A stretch of 63,773 nt of DNA, filler included, from Kondoa subrosea (lineage: Eukaryota), in assembly GCA_039545335.1 (NCBI GenBank). It is 11 parts of 9 records of this genome, joined end to end, with 100 filler letters (N's around TTAATTAATTAA, not from the genome) between each part and the next. Parts side by side here need not be neighbours in the genome. Positions count along the whole stretch, not along the records: positions 1 to 5,350 come from BCIN01000002.1; positions 5,451 to 7,010 come from BCIN01000002.1; positions 7,111 to 11,051 come from BCIN01000003.1; positions 11,152 to 15,286 come from BCIN01000003.1; 7 more parts are not named here. One strand, 5' to 3'. The notes beneath the pieces were generated by a model. The model was not told the DNA's origin, searched no databases, and was given only the letters and a program-made list of their open reading frames with translations. Every line of letters starts with the position of its first letter. The first letter of the stretch is position 1. Positions 1 through 12,554 of the stretch are shown piece by piece. The translations under genes and the position numbers were made by a program.

Positions 1-129
1 GATCTTCGGCGATGAAAGGGACGGAAGCGTTGCAATCGAACAGGTAAGAACGCGATGCTGAATATATTGATCAAAGCAGAGAAATCAGCTGAGGTCGAGC
101 CCGACGCGAAGCAGACTCTAGAGGCGTAA
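1..129 (+). CDS. Possible 3' end of an unidentified intron-containing gene
   Basis: GTAAGA donor near 44, CTGAA..CAG acceptor near 79, last exon EKSAEVEPDAKQTLEA*; no recognisable motif. Confidence 0.3.
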
Positions 130-331
130 TACCAGCGATATAGACGACATGACAATCATTATGCTGCGCGAGACGTGAATTGAGGTAACAAACGATGTCT
201 CAGCTCAGACATGATTTTTTTTGAAGATAAACCAAAGCTGCCGATCCATCCAAAAGTACTACTGTTCTAAAGCACTTCTCGTTCAGCGTGTTCTAACATC
301 TAGAAATTGTGCAGAAGCTGACACAGTAGCA

Positions 332-2371
332 TGTTGCTGAACGTATGAATTACACCATCGTAAACATGGGAAGAACTATGCTGCACGAATCTGGTCTTCC
401 TTTATGTCTGTGGCCAGAAGCTTCCTCGCACGCTGTCTATCTTCGAAATCGCTCGCCAACTTCTGCCGTCGAATCAGCTGTTCTTTCTGCCAAATCATAT
501 GGCACAATTCCTGATCTCAGTCATCTCAGAGTCTGGGGCAGCAGAGTCTACTATACTGTCAACAAGGATAAGCGTGTTAGCAAATTGGATCTTCGCGCCA
601 AGTTGGGGATTTTCGTTGGATTTCCAGATGGAATCAAAGTGTATCGTGTCTACTGCCCTGACAGTCGGAAAATTGCGGTCGTTCGACATGTGTTGCACTG
701 GGATGAATCATTTACGCCTCAAGACACCAAGAACATTCTCAAGCTGGATTTACCTGAACGTCTGAATCATGTGGGAGTCGTTATTTCTGATCTACAAAAG
801 TCAGAAAATCCAGCAACTGTGGGAGAGTCTGTGGGAGAAGATGAATCTGTCAATGCGATTCCCGACACTCCAGTATCATCTCCATCTGTATCACCTTCAC
901 CTTCTCCAGAAAATTCTTCAGCTGCACCGGAAACTACAATTAGACGAAGTACAAGAGATCGCACGCCTACCTCCTTCTATGGTAGAGGTCCTTCTCCAAA
1001 TCCTCCTGCTAAACTTCATACAACACTCGACCTATCAGACACCTCTGAATCATCATCTGAAGAGGAAGAGTCTGATGAAGATCCTCTTGCTCTGAATGTC
1101 GAAGTCTCTCTTTCCAAACCAAGAAGCTACCGTGATGCAGTCAAATATGGGAAGGAGTGGGAGTTGGCCATAGAAGCAGAACAGAATGCTCTCATGCAAG
1201 CTGGTACTTTCAGCAAATTTCCAAGATCAACTCTTGCTGCAGATGAATCTACTGTCAGGTCACAATATCTCTTTGACAATAAGCTGAATGCTGAAGGCGA
1301 ATTGGTCAAAAGAAAGTGTCGTAGTGTCGCCGATGGTCGAAGTCAAGTTGCAGGAGTCAACTATGGTGAAACCTTTACTCCAGTCACTCACAGAGATACA
1401 ACAAGAGTACTGCTTTCTTTCGTTGCTCGAGAAGATTTGAAAGTACAGGATGTGAAGCAGCATGATAGTTGAGGTCAGAGTTGAAGGTCAAAACGAAACT
1501 TTCGGGCGAGATACTTCTTCTTCTCTAGCAATAGCTTAGAGAGCTGTATTTCGCAGGTATGAGTTGTACATATAATGTGCAACAAAGCAATAGCTTAGAG
1601 AGCTGTATCTCGCAAAGCATTATCATTCTCTGAAGGAAGCAGATCAATGTGATGTCAACACTGCTTTCCTCAATGCTACTCTCAAAGAGAAAGTCTACAT
1701 GGAAATCCCTGAAGGCATGAAAACTGGAGGAGATAAAGACATTGTCGCTCTTTTGCACAAATCACTCTATGTCTCAAACAATCACCTCATGAATGTAATG
1801 GCATGTACGACAAGTGGATCCTCAGTCAAGGTTTCCAACATACCGACGCCGATGTTTGTCTATATTTATGGAGAAAAGCCAACGACTTCGTTTGGGTTAG
1901 AATTCATGTCGATGACTCTATAATCATCTCAAATAGCGTTTCAGCCAAGAGTGACTTTAAGAAAAATATGAGCAACAGATTCAAGCTAGAAGATCGTGGT
2001 CCGATCAATTACTGCATTGGTGTTCAAATCAAACGCGACGGAGAAAAACATCTGCTCTGGCTTTATCAAGAAAAATATCTTCGAGAAGATTCGGTACGCA
2101 AGATGCAAATCCGGTCACCACTCCTATGGACTCTGGCTGTCAGTTGATGAAGCCGGCTCCAGAAGACATTGAAAAGAATCGAGATTATCCCTTTCAAAGT
2201 GTGGTCGGCTGCGTAATGTATGCTACTCAAGTCAGTCGACCAGAAGCTGCCTTTGCTGCCAACAAGCTTTCTCAGTACAACTCAGGTTGGGGTTCTCAGC
2301 AAGTAGCAGCAGCCAAACACCTTCTTCGCTACTTCAAAGGCACTTTGGATCTTTCTCTCTGCTATGGTCTC
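332..2371 (+). mobile_element. Degenerate Ty1/copia pol fragment, family A (integrase C-half and RT)
   Basis: AERMNYTIV..LP..LWPEA..HAVYLRNRSP, HLRVWGS, SKLDLRAKLGIFVGF..Y (integrase GKGY region); RT motifs GVNYGETFTPV, IHVDD, YPFQSVVGCVMY; frameshifts and a solo-LTR insertion. Confidence 0.93.
1444..1634 (-). repeat. Solo LTR-like insertion, family E, with internal duplication
   Basis: Absent from the homologous RT near 19820; flanked by GAAAG/GGAAG (5-bp TSD, 1 mismatch); homologous to 22352-22482. Confidence 0.8.
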
Positions 2372-2926
2372 TGTTGAAAGTCAATGGTCGTTACCTCTCT
2401 GCATCTTCTTTCCTACGCGTCATCTACACGTCGCGTCATCTCAACGGGTCGCGTCTCTTCAACGCGTCACGTCTTCTCCTATACAACTGCACGTCACGTC
2501 ATCCTACACGTCACGTACTCTACTTCATCAAGCGCGACGCGATTGGTCGAGACTTATTTCAATATGAACGGTCGAGACTCATTTCAATATCAACGGTTGC
2601 CACATCGGGATGTACCGGGTCGTATGATTTCAATCTGGGCTGGTAGCTGTACATAAAACTCGAGTTTTCTCGTTCTTCCTGCTTTTCTTCTNNNNNNNNN
2701 NNNNNNNNNNNNNNNNNNNNNNNNNNNNNNNNNNNNNNNNNNNNNNNNNNNNNNNNNNNNNNNNNNNNNNNNNNNNNNNNNNNNNNNNNNNTACCGGGTC
2801 GTATGATTTCAATCTGGGCTGGTAGCTGTACATAAAACTCGAGTTTTCTCTTTCTTCCTGCTTTTCTTCTCATCCTATACTTGTATGCCAACAAGCCTGA
2901 CAAGTCTAGCAGCTCTATTTATCTTA
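2372..2926 (+). repeat. LTR family A, interrupted by a 100-N scaffold gap at 2692-2791
   Basis: TGTTG start, ..TCTTA end; homologous to the 3' LTR at 21491-21869 and to 23432-23725; many CACGTC/CGCGTCA subrepeats. Confidence 0.85.
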
Positions 2927-2975
2927 AATCCGTACGGCCAATGCTACATTATTATGGAAACTACCGTCCGGTCCA

Positions 2976-3400
2976 TGATAGCTCTCAATCTCTTTCACTG
3001 TCACTCCTTGGAATCACCACTTATTTCTATTTTAATGCAAGTGTCAATCCAAAAGTCGCTCGTTCTTTCTCAACAACGGTCCGGTGTATGATACCCTCAC
3101 TCGGTCGACAGCAGGCTGTTACTTAGAGACCGGTTGTCCTTATGATGAAGGCTCGCGAACTGGGTCGTGTAGAATCGTAGATTGAACATCTTTGGAAAAG
3201 GGCTTCCAAAGAAGTTTGTACAAGACAGGCAGCTTCTACAGCTCTTACTCTTCATCCATCATTCTTTCCTGCAATTCAAAGCGTTTAGACACTGATTCCT
3301 GTTCCCTGCACCTTCACCTTCGCTCACAAGCATTCACCTTCCCCTGCAAATCTATTTTTCAACTGGTGGCAGCTCTCTAGATCCCTAGTCAGGCCCGTCA
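2976..3400 (+). repeat. Solo LTR family C (about 425 bp, TG...CA)
   Basis: TGATAG...GTCA termini, flanks GTCCA/GTTCA; homologous to 20461-20894 and 16496-16649. Confidence 0.85.
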
Positions 3401-3984
3401 GTTCAGCTGGGAAGTGTGATAGAAAATTGATATCAGATTGCATGCAGATTGGGATATGGCGGGCTGAATGTCGAATGTTTCTTTCTGCCATGGTGTCTTT
3501 GAGTTATTTTCCTCTTTCTCGCTCTTTCGTCTAGTCAACAAGAACCTGAGCTTGAGGGCGTTTTACTTCGGCAACGCCTGTTTTCCGTTCAATCGTGAAA
3601 ACCTGTTGAAGATGCTTTTTGCTCATTACGCTGATATGTCCCAGGGCGATTCATTGATACAGCCAAAGGCTGCTTCTTCTTCTTTAGCCTTCCACAAAAC
3701 TCTCCACTTCTGACATTACTTCATTCATTCGTCCACTCCTGGCGTGTCTTCTGCTCTTTGAGCCAAATCAATAAAGAGGTCGCTCAATTCCATTTTGATA
3801 AATCTGAGATTGACTATGTCGGCAATTTTCACCAGGATATTCGGCATTGGAAGTAGCTGAATCGACGACAGAAGCTGGCGAGCGATCTGAAAGATGAACA
3901 GCATGTGAGGAAGTTTCTGGTCGAAGGTATGAACGATCATTGAATGCATGCAGCATAGCTCTCCCCATCTTCGGGATAGTGTAA

Positions 3985-4249
3985 TACAAGATGTGAAGCA
4001 GCACGAGAATTTGTGGTCGAGAACAAGTCTAATGTGGTTGGGAGAAAGTGAAAAGCTGGATATAATGGATGGTGATCAGAACTCGGTGATGCATCTGTAA
4101 ATATGCCTACTCCTTTCAAATATCCCAACATCTGTGAGAAAGCTACGAATGGTCAGATAAAGTAGACAGCGAAAGGTGAGGAGAGAACAGACTCTTTCCA
4201 ATGATGGTTGCTTCGTTTTGCAGAGCTCGTCAGGTCGATGAGCCAGTCA
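3985..4249 (-). repeat. Probable solo LTR sharing one end with family E
   Basis: TACAAGATGTGAAGCAGCA matches the family E terminus at 1444; reads TG...TA on the minus strand; interrupts the integrase fragment. Confidence 0.5.
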
Positions 4250-4253
4250 CGAT

Positions 4254-4334
4254 TGTGAAAAAATATGCTATTTCGGTACGATCAAGAGTGCTTTAAAGTA
4301 CTTTTTGGTCTATCGATTTAGCCTAAATTTATAA
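4254..4334 (+). repeat. Solo LTR family D (81 bp)
   Basis: Perfect 5-bp TSD ACGAT at 4249-4253 and 4335-4339; homologous to 16650-16728 and 22267-22345. Confidence 0.85.
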
Positions 4335-4609
4335 ACGATGGTCTTGTTATCTGAACGTTCATTTTTTCCCGAGCATCAATAAAGAGGTTGTTGACCATAA
4401 TGATTTCCACATCAGCAACACTTGCAGGTCTCCTACTTGCCCCTCGACCAGCGTCCCACAAGTCTTTGGAGTCCAAGAAATTTTCCGTTCTTGCAGATTA
4501 ATGACATAGTTGTACGTACATGTTCAGCTGAGTGACGTTGATCTTGAAGTCACTCAGTCAGATTCCACTCTTGATCGTACGGAAATAGCATATTCCAACT
4601 ATCTGGCGT

Positions 4610-5040
4610 TTTATGAAGCCAATAGTCATGGAACTTATGCTCCGGTCACTCACAGAGATACGGAAAGGGTGCTGCTATGTTTTGTATCTTGAAAAGCCTT
4701 ATTTAAAAGCAGATGAAAGTTATGTCAATAAATGCCACTCCCGAAAAAAAAAATTACATGCAAATTCCTGAAGGCATGATGAAGTCCGGAGGAGATCAAC
4801 TTGATTGCTCTTTTCCACAAATGACTCTACGGCCTGAAACAAACATCCGATGAATGGAATGGCATTCACGACAAGTAGATACTCAGTCAAGGCTTCCACC
4901 ATGCTGCCGCCGATATTTGTCTCTATCCAGGGAGAAAAGCTGAGGACTTCGTCTGGGTTGAATTCATGTCGATGACTCTGATAACATGTCAAACAGTGTT
5001 TCACGGAAGGTCTCTACTCTGGCTCTGTCAAGTGACAAAT
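4610..5040 (+). mobile_element. Decayed copia RT fragment
   Basis: TYAPVTHRDT.RVLL.FV, LYGLKQ and IHVDD-coding segments homologous to the family A RT. Confidence 0.8.
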
Positions 5041-5069
5041 GTCTCCATCGCGGAATCCTGGAACGAATC

Positions 5070-5190
5070 TGTTGAAAATCGTTACAATTCTTTGAGAGTT
5101 GCCAGCTGTACAGAGAGTTCGAGCTTTCTCTTGCTTCCTGCTTTTCTGGTCATTCTATACCCGTGTTCCAACAAGGCGGAGAACTTTAAT
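5070..5190 (+). repeat. Short or deleted LTR related to family A
   Basis: TGTTGAAA start and the AGCTGTACA..TCGAG..CTTCCTGCTTTTCT..CTATAC..TTCCAACAAG block shared with family A LTRs. Confidence 0.55.
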
Positions 5191-5350
5191 AGGTATGTAT
5201 AGAACCATATACTTGTGTTTCAATGGCAATTCTGCTACTGTGTCAGCTTCTGCACAATTTCTGGATGTCAGAATACGCTGAACGAGAAGTGCTTTAGAAC
5301 AGTAGTACTTTTTGGATGGATCGGCAGCTTTGGTTTATCTTCAAAAAAAA

Positions 5351-5450
5351 NNNNNNNNNNNNNNNNNNNNNNNNNNNNNNNNNNNNNNNNNNNNTTAATT
5401 AATTAANNNNNNNNNNNNNNNNNNNNNNNNNNNNNNNNNNNNNNNNNNNN
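5351..5450. other. Artificial contig spacer; same 100-nt spacers at 7011, 11052, 15287, 24674, 45932, 50785, 55638, 58428, 61218
   Basis: N-run + TTAATTAATTAA (stops in all six frames) + N-run, always 100 nt. Confidence 0.98.
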
Positions 5451-7110
5451 CAAATTTCATACTACCCAATCTAAAGATCTCACTTCATCTTCTTCTTTTA
5501 CTTCACAACACAAAGCACCGAGACCGAGAACGTAACAGACCAATTGAAAGGTCGAGAATTAGAGAGTGGTATACATCAAAAAAAAAAAAACGCGCTCGGC
5601 GTTTATCCGTGACTTCGAAGCCAATCGAGAATCTCGTTTCATCGTTTCATCGAAGTACGAAATGAACCAGGAATGGGTGCGCCGATAGGGCGTGGTGATT
5701 GGCGCGGGACGAGGGGTTACTCTTGTACCGTAGTTGTCGGCTGTAGCTGACTGCGAAGCCAATCGAGAATCTCGTTCATCGTTTCATCTACCTTTGCCTG
5801 AAATCGTATAAATCGCCTAATCATTGGCTTCTCTAAGGTTCCGCGATCCGGTGAAGTGAATGTCCTTTGTAACAGCAATACACTCAGGGTGAGCTTTGAA
5901 AGGGAACAGCAGGACGTACCGCATGGCATGCTACGAGAAAAGCGCCATATCGATCCAGACCAGAAATCCCGAACAATTCTTCATCCAACAGCTCATGAGA
6001 CGGGTTGAGTTCATTACTGATCTCTACTCAATGTCATGGTGTAGTTACCGAGGAGTAGAGAGGGAGAAAGCGTCTTTGCCAAGTTGTGACATGATTTGAC
6101 AATGTAGACAAGACCTTCTTCTGAGTTGCCTTGGGCTGACAAGCATACATTGCAAGTCGATGATATATGATTGAGCATCAATATGAGCATCAGCGTGACA
6201 CCTGAAAATGGTTGGGTTGCTTCTGTATCGATTTGGCACACGCGAAGCTGTACATTCTTCAAGGGAGGGAACTTGACCAATCCTCGTCAACAACATATAG
6301 CAAGTATGTATTCGAGAGGAGAACGATCGGAGCAGAAGAGGAGCAAAGAGCTTCGCTGCCCCGATGAGAGCGAATCCAGACTAGAACCATGAGACAGCAT
6401 GCTTCACTATGCTCTTGCCCTACAGTGCTCTCCTTTTCTTCTTGCGCTGTTGAGTGAGACGAGAGCAAGTTCTCAATCGGATAGACCTTAGTAATAGCAG
6501 GCCGCCATAGCAGGCCATGCCTCGTAGCGCTCTTTTAGGTAAAAGGAAATCTGAAGCTATCGCATTCACTCTTTTCGCTCGGAAAGGCGCAGTCTTCCAA
6601 TCAGTGCTCTCTTAACAACAGAATCCATACAGCCAGCACGCTAATTATAACGCTGTCCAAGCACATTCTTGGTTCGTTTAACGCGCAACATTCGAGAGGA
6701 AGAAGCAGGCCTCTGGGAGGCAGCATAGAGCAATACACAAGCTCAAGGCGATCACTTTTCGTCTGCATGATTGCATGTCACTGTTTTGGAAGCGCTGATT
6801 TACGGTGGTGCATGCACAATTTGACGTAGAAGAGGCAGCGCAAGGTCATCTTTAGTTTCGTGCAAAGACAACGGAGTTCGAGAAATAGCATGGTTTGTCC
6901 CAAACTGTCAGGTCGTCGTCGACAAAAATGCCGCCTCGCGCTGCAGCTCCTCAGTCAGTCCAAGCAAGCAATAGCACTCAATCAAATGGTGCCCAGCCGC
7001 TGAGCAATGCNNNNNNNNNNNNNNNNNNNNNNNNNNNNNNNNNNNNNNNNNNNNTTAATTAATTAANNNNNNNNNNNNNNNNNNNNNNNNNNNNNNNNNN
7101 NNNNNNNNNN

Positions 7111-7308
7111 ATGCTAGTGAAAGTGAGTGCATGCATGCAAGCGAGGCTCATCTGAAGGCGTATGACTGAAGCTGGGATGCAGAATCTCGCTAATTCAAGA
7201 CTTGTGAATGGCTCGCTCGGAGTTGTGGTAGCCTTTCAGACAGCAGCCGCAGTTTTACAGGCTCAGCACGACCTCGGATCGCGCTATGACTTTTCCTGCA
7301 GAAAATAA
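7111..7308 (+). pseudogene. PIF1-family helicase fragment, 5' cut by contig edge, early stop
   Basis: Splicing GTGAGT(7123)..CAG(7182) gives MLVK|NLANSRLVNGSLGVVVAF, the PIF1 signature; TAA at 7306 precedes motifs V/VI. Confidence 0.65.
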
Positions 7309-7357
7309 TGGAAAGTCAAAAATCAGGGGCTTTAATGTTTGCAATGTACAATACACT

Positions 7358-8765
7358 CTATGAGCTTGTCTGAGCTACATTACATAAAGCTTTGTATTTA
7401 GCTTGAGTAGACTTCTGCTGCACTTCTCGTCTGATACGCATGATCGTCAGATCATCGCCAGTTTTAAATGACAGTCGTATAGCAGCTAATCGATTCCGAC
7501 TTTCGCGCATTGCTTTGGCACTTGATCAATCAAAGCCAAGATATCAATGTGCGAAGCTTACCTAAAGCTTTGAAGCAGGCATCAGCCTCGTTCAGCAAAA
7601 ACTCCCATAAGCCTTCCGCTAAGTAGCCACCTTTCAAGTCAGATGTTATGTGGGCGCAGAGTTTGTGTCGAATGAAGATGAGAGAGTTTTCTTGTCTTCG
7701 GGTGAGAATACTAACAACGTGATCAAGAATGACATTTTGCTTTTGATCGAAGGCTTACCCGTTGCAGACACAAGCATGAACAAAGTCAACAAAATCGCTT
7801 GCGTCTTGCCAAAGTAGATTTTCTCGGTCGTAGAGCTTTGCAATAATCATATCGTCTTGATGAGCCTTGGCAGAACCCATCCAACCCTTCTTACACCACC
7901 CCATACCACAACTACCTTTAGCTTCCAAGCCCATCTCCATCAGTTTCGAGCGAATCCAGAACATCATTTCCGAGATGATCAATCCGCCAACATCTTGGAT
8001 CTCCATTTCCTCAATGATTCTTCCATAGCTGTAGCGTAATCTCAATACTTCTTTGTCAAATTCCGCTAAAGATTGATAGTACGCTGCATCGTCATCTCGT
8101 TTGGTCATTTCAGAGTGAGGTTTCGGTACATCAGCTATAGTATCGATGTTCTTTAATTGCTGTTCGTCGAGACTTGGATTGGGAGATCTCCGTGCTGAAA
8201 CGAATGAACCCGCCGGTGATTTTCTTTTTGGAGGTATATCAACGAACGAAGAAGAAGAAGAAGGAGGATAGGGAGGTATCTTGAAGACATCGTCTGTAAC
8301 TAGAGTAGCACCGATCAGAACAACTTGCATGACAGTGAAAGGCGCGGACTTACAAGTCTGAACCAGTCCAGTAGGTGATTCCAGTAAAGTTGATCCAGTG
8401 GGTCTTACGTGAAGAGAGGAACCAGTTTTCTGTTTTAAAGGTGTTTGTGGTGCTTGCTGCTGGAGCTGTGTTGATGTAGCGGTGGAGTCAATCGCAGTTC
8501 TCTTGAATTTCAGTGAACCTAATCCAGCTTTGATGGTTTCTCTCAATTTCCGCATTTTGCTCTGAGGCGATAGGTCTGTATCCAGCTCCGCCGACGATGC
8601 TGTCTGCTGGTTTCCATGCTCGACCAGTCTTGTTTTCTGAAGAGGAGGTGAGCGTTCTTCCCCAGATGGAGAAGATTGGTCCGAAGGCCGGCCTCGCTTG
8701 CTTTTAAGCTTGGTAGGTCTGGTAGAAGGAGGGGAAGCAGAGCTTTGAAAAGGGCGGCTCATCAT
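7358..8765 (-). CDS. Hypothetical multi-exon protein with S/P-rich basic N-terminus
   Basis: 336-codon first exon ending at a GTAAGC donor (about 7759), second GTAAGC donor about 7561, open last exon to TAG at 7358. Confidence 0.55.
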
Positions 8766-10479
8766 ATTTTCGATAAGAAAACAGATGAGTTTTGGGATTT
8801 GGGCAGCCGAGCTAGATACTTCTGCTCGTATCGAGTGTCAATGTGATTATCGAAGATAGTGCGATCGAGGGAAAAAATTCACTAGAGAGTAGTGAAACAT
8901 AGGGAGACTGCAGGGCTTGGAAGATCACAAATAGAAGCACAGAATCACAGCTAGAATTGCGGGACCAATCCTGATCGAATTACTCATAGTCATTTATTGC
9001 CTAAGATCTGAAATACTACGTGAAAGAAAAGAACAAATTAGGCACAACAGCTGCGGACATAAACACAGCATGGAATACGAAGGCTATCTGACTGCGTTGG
9101 TTGCTCCCCTATCGCCAGCCAGCAGGCGAACCAATGAGCGTTCAAGCGGCGTAACTGAAATTTAAGTGGCTGGTCAGGACAAAGAACCGAATTTGCACTT
9201 GTTTCCTCTTGTCCTGCGACATGACTTCCCTTCACTCTGTATACAGGTCGACGACAATACTGCAACAGGTGATATGCATGTGCCAGCAAATACAGTAAGC
9301 TCATTCTTTGACTCGTTGCAATCTATCGCTAATTCCTGCTACATTTCAAGACAGGGAGATTTACACAGCAGACGAGCCTCCTTGATCTGCGCTGGCAAAG
9401 TGGGGGTGACTCATAAGAGGCCTTGCTGCTTACACCAGATCTGTGAGAGCTACTCTGTCTGTGAAAGAAGCGGAGGACTAGAGACTGTCAAGAATAATGA
9501 AGAACAGTTCTCCTCTTCGCTTCTTCCATTGGACATCATGGACGACCGTCAGCTCGACTTGGACGACTGGACAACAGGGGGAATTGTGACTTGACCTGGT
9601 AGCAAGTTCGCAATCCCTTTTCTGATTTGCCGCAAATGGGGAGAAGGATGGTGTATATTGTATTAGTATGAGCTGATCGACGCATAAAGCACAGTACAAA
9701 TTCTTTGTTTCGATTTGTCCATTAGCTTCTTGACTCTTTTTCTCATATGTCATCTTGCGTTTTTTGTTCCTTCCCCTGTCTGCTTTCTTGAAGCTGACCT
9801 CCTGCGTATTGACGTGCACGCATCTGGTTGTGCTCAACCAATATAACAATTTTGTTTCAGAACTATGCCAGTATGAATTGCAATGGTAATTGTACGGTTA
9901 CATTGATACTGTTGAACGCCCACGGCAATTTCTTCAGTCTCCCCCTGCTTAAATAACTTTTGCGCTTTTATCGATTCCGGTTCAGCAGAATTATCTCCTT
10001 CGTAAAGCTGTTTGAGCATCACCCAATTTCCAGATGTGCGTGCAAGACAATGTACTGTGTACAAGCATCAGAATGAGTACTGGGGACACATTGCTAGAAC
10101 ACACTTCGAAGACATCTTGATGCAAATCTTTGTATACCTCTTCGCCCGTTGATGGCGATACCCGAAAACCCTGTTTCCTTATGAAGCGAACGAGAGCCTG
10201 TCGATGACGACGTCAGACCAACGATAGGTATAAGCGGATAGCTAGACTGACCTGGACGACCAATTCTTCGGGATGTGCAGATCCAGAGCAGTAATAGCTA
10301 TCTCTTGCTTTTGCAATAGAGCTTTGAAAGCAATAACTCTTCCAGGTCAATTCAAAAGATTGCAAGAGTAGCCTCGAGATACAATAGAATCATGAAAAGG
10401 GCCAGCACAGCGTTCAGTCGACTAGATGAGGGTCAGTGTAGTAACACCAGAGCAGGTTTCTAATTGACCACAAGTGGAT

Positions 10480-11051
10480 TGAGAGATCTTCCGCTGTGAA
10501 ACACTGTATGAGATCTCTTTCGTACAATCTGATTGCGCTTCAACAAACCCGGTATAGTTAGCCCATTCGAAGTGAGGTGCAATTGGTGCAATACCAACAA
10601 AGAAAGGACGATCAGAGGATAATGCTTTATCTAGATAGCCTAATCCAATCTCCTTGATATAATCAGTTGAATAGCGACCTTCAAAATTCATTGGTGGTCC
10701 ACCATTGAAGCTGTAGCTTGCATTGTAGAAAAGGTATGTGTTCGGGTCGAGCAAAACAGCCGATTCTATCCTTTACCATTAAGTTGAATCCGACATCCCA
10801 GTCTGGCGACATACCGTTTAGACCGCGAACAGGTAACGTTTGAGCATTGGCATAATTATTACCGTTCATCACTTTGCCGACACTGACTCACTTGTTAGAC
10901 TTAGCAAAGTTGCAGGCAAACTGCTAGACTGACTAGTACGTATTGTAGTTCGCCCTTTGCAGCCAGGTTGGAAGCCATTCCGTCTGATAGCCGAATTCGC
11001 AGTATACAGACCAGCCGCCATAAGGTTGATCTATCCACATGAAGATGAGCA
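10480..11051 (-). pseudogene. Fungal arylsulfatase internal fragment, apparently truncated
   Basis: PYGGW....G....WLPTWLQRANYNTY, GKVMNG, LDPNTYLFYNA, YSTD..., DRPFFVGIAPIAPH; similarity lost after about 10540. Confidence 0.75.
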
Positions 11052-11151
11052 NNNNNNNNNNNNNNNNNNNNNNNNNNNNNNNNNNNNNNNNNNNNTTAAT
11101 TAATTAANNNNNNNNNNNNNNNNNNNNNNNNNNNNNNNNNNNNNNNNNNNN

Positions 11152-12499
11152 AGAATCCTGGGTTAGTTGCTTCTCTCGCATTCGGTACCAATTCCTGATC
11201 TTCCTGCTCTAGCTTCAAGCCTTATGTCCATGCAACCGGTAATTCATATTATGAGCCTCACCGAATTGTAGCTCATCAAGTCTTCATCAAATCTAGGACC
11301 AATCATTGACTATCTTCAAGGCGAAATGATCTACTCAAGAGCTCTGCAGCAACCTCAAAAGTAGTCAAAGAACAGACTAACGGTTCAAGGTGAGATCTGA
11401 AGCCTTCTTACACTTGCTCTTGTCTGATTCAAGGGTCAGCGATGACGCTCTCATGTCGGCTGCTTCAGACGTTACGGACAACTTGAGGCAGACTATGCAA
11501 ATGATGCAACAAGAATTAGATCGTTCTGTGCTTTCGAATCAGATGCTAGGTAAATAACCCAGATTGCAAAGATAATGGACACTGATGTCTCTCGTCTTAG
11601 AACAATCCTCTGCTACTCTGAAACTCACAAATGAACAGTACTCAACTCTTTCCGTCTTCCTGAATACTTCAAAAGCTTTAATCACCTCACTCGAACAAGC
11701 AGATACGATGGATCGACTGCTCATGGGCGCAGCTTTGCTCTTCTTCATACTTGTCTGTTTGTTCATCATCAAGAGAAGGATATTGGATCGGGGTCTGCGA
11801 GTCATGAACATCTTAGTTGGCAGAGGCGGCAGAAACAAGAAGCGAGCAATAGTGGAAGCAGTCACTTCATCTCTTCTTCCGACTCAAACAGGTTTTGGAG
11901 AAGTCTTGACAGCGATGTCAACAATAGCTACTGCTACTTTAGCTTCCCTCTCCTCAAGTATAGCTTCTGCTACTCCTTCACCTCGAGCGAGCTTTTCCGA
12001 TCAACCACATTCAATCACTTCTTCAGCTGAATTCGTTTCTCCAATCACGGCGGCTCCTACTACTTCCTCGACCTCAGATACATCTGCAATCTATTCTTCT
12101 GAAGAAATCGATTTACTCGAATCGAATTTTGCTACTTCACCCCTTCATGAAGTCGAAACAAGTACAACATCAGACGTTCCTCTAGAAGTAGAAACACCTT
12201 CACCAACTATTTCAGTCTCATCAGCAATCTCAGAGACTGCTTCTCCTGCCGTAGCATCACCAGAAGAAGAAGAATTACTTCCTAGGTCGACAGCGATCAA
12301 GTATAACCAAACTCAACCAGATTATTTAGATGATACGCAAGAGATCTTAAATCGAGCGGAAGAAGAAAATGCGAAAGATGAAGCTTTGGATTTGGAATTA
12401 GAAAGAGCAAAGAGGGAATCTGAATTAGCTGAGAAGAGGATGAGTGAGTTGAGGAGGAAAAGTAAAGCTAATGGGAAGAGGGTGCGCGAGGAGTTGTAG
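11152..12499 (+). CDS. SEC20: Sec20 ER SNARE, 5' partial, multi-exon
   Basis: SDDALMSAASDVTDNLRQTMQMMQQELDRS..QMLEQSSATL..EQY..L..SKALITSLEQAD..DR, then a TM ending KRRI, S/T-rich tail and C-terminal REEL (HDEL-like). Confidence 0.88.
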
Positions 12500-12554
12500 C
12501 AGAAGTAAAAAGAGAATTATAATGCATAGTGACGGCTCCTACTTTTCTTTGATC

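Larger units (their letters stand above)
3735..4380 (-). mobile_element. Highly decayed copia integrase fragment interrupted by two solo LTRs
   Basis: YTIPKMGRAMLHA...SHAVHLSDRSP aligns by eye with the family A integrase. Confidence 0.7.

Noticed and set aside
2400..2520. Short CGTCA/CACGTC repeats resembling a CRISPR-like array
   Set aside because: Irregular subrepeats inside the family A LTR, with no constant repeat-spacer structure and no cas genes
2793..2870. Duplication of about 80 bp across the 100-N gap
   Set aside because: Overlap of contig ends in a repeat; scaffolding artefact or collapsed element
5395..5406. Recurrent palindrome TTAATTAATTAA
   Set aside because: Always embedded in N-runs of fixed length, so it is an artificial linker; adjacency across it has no biological meaning
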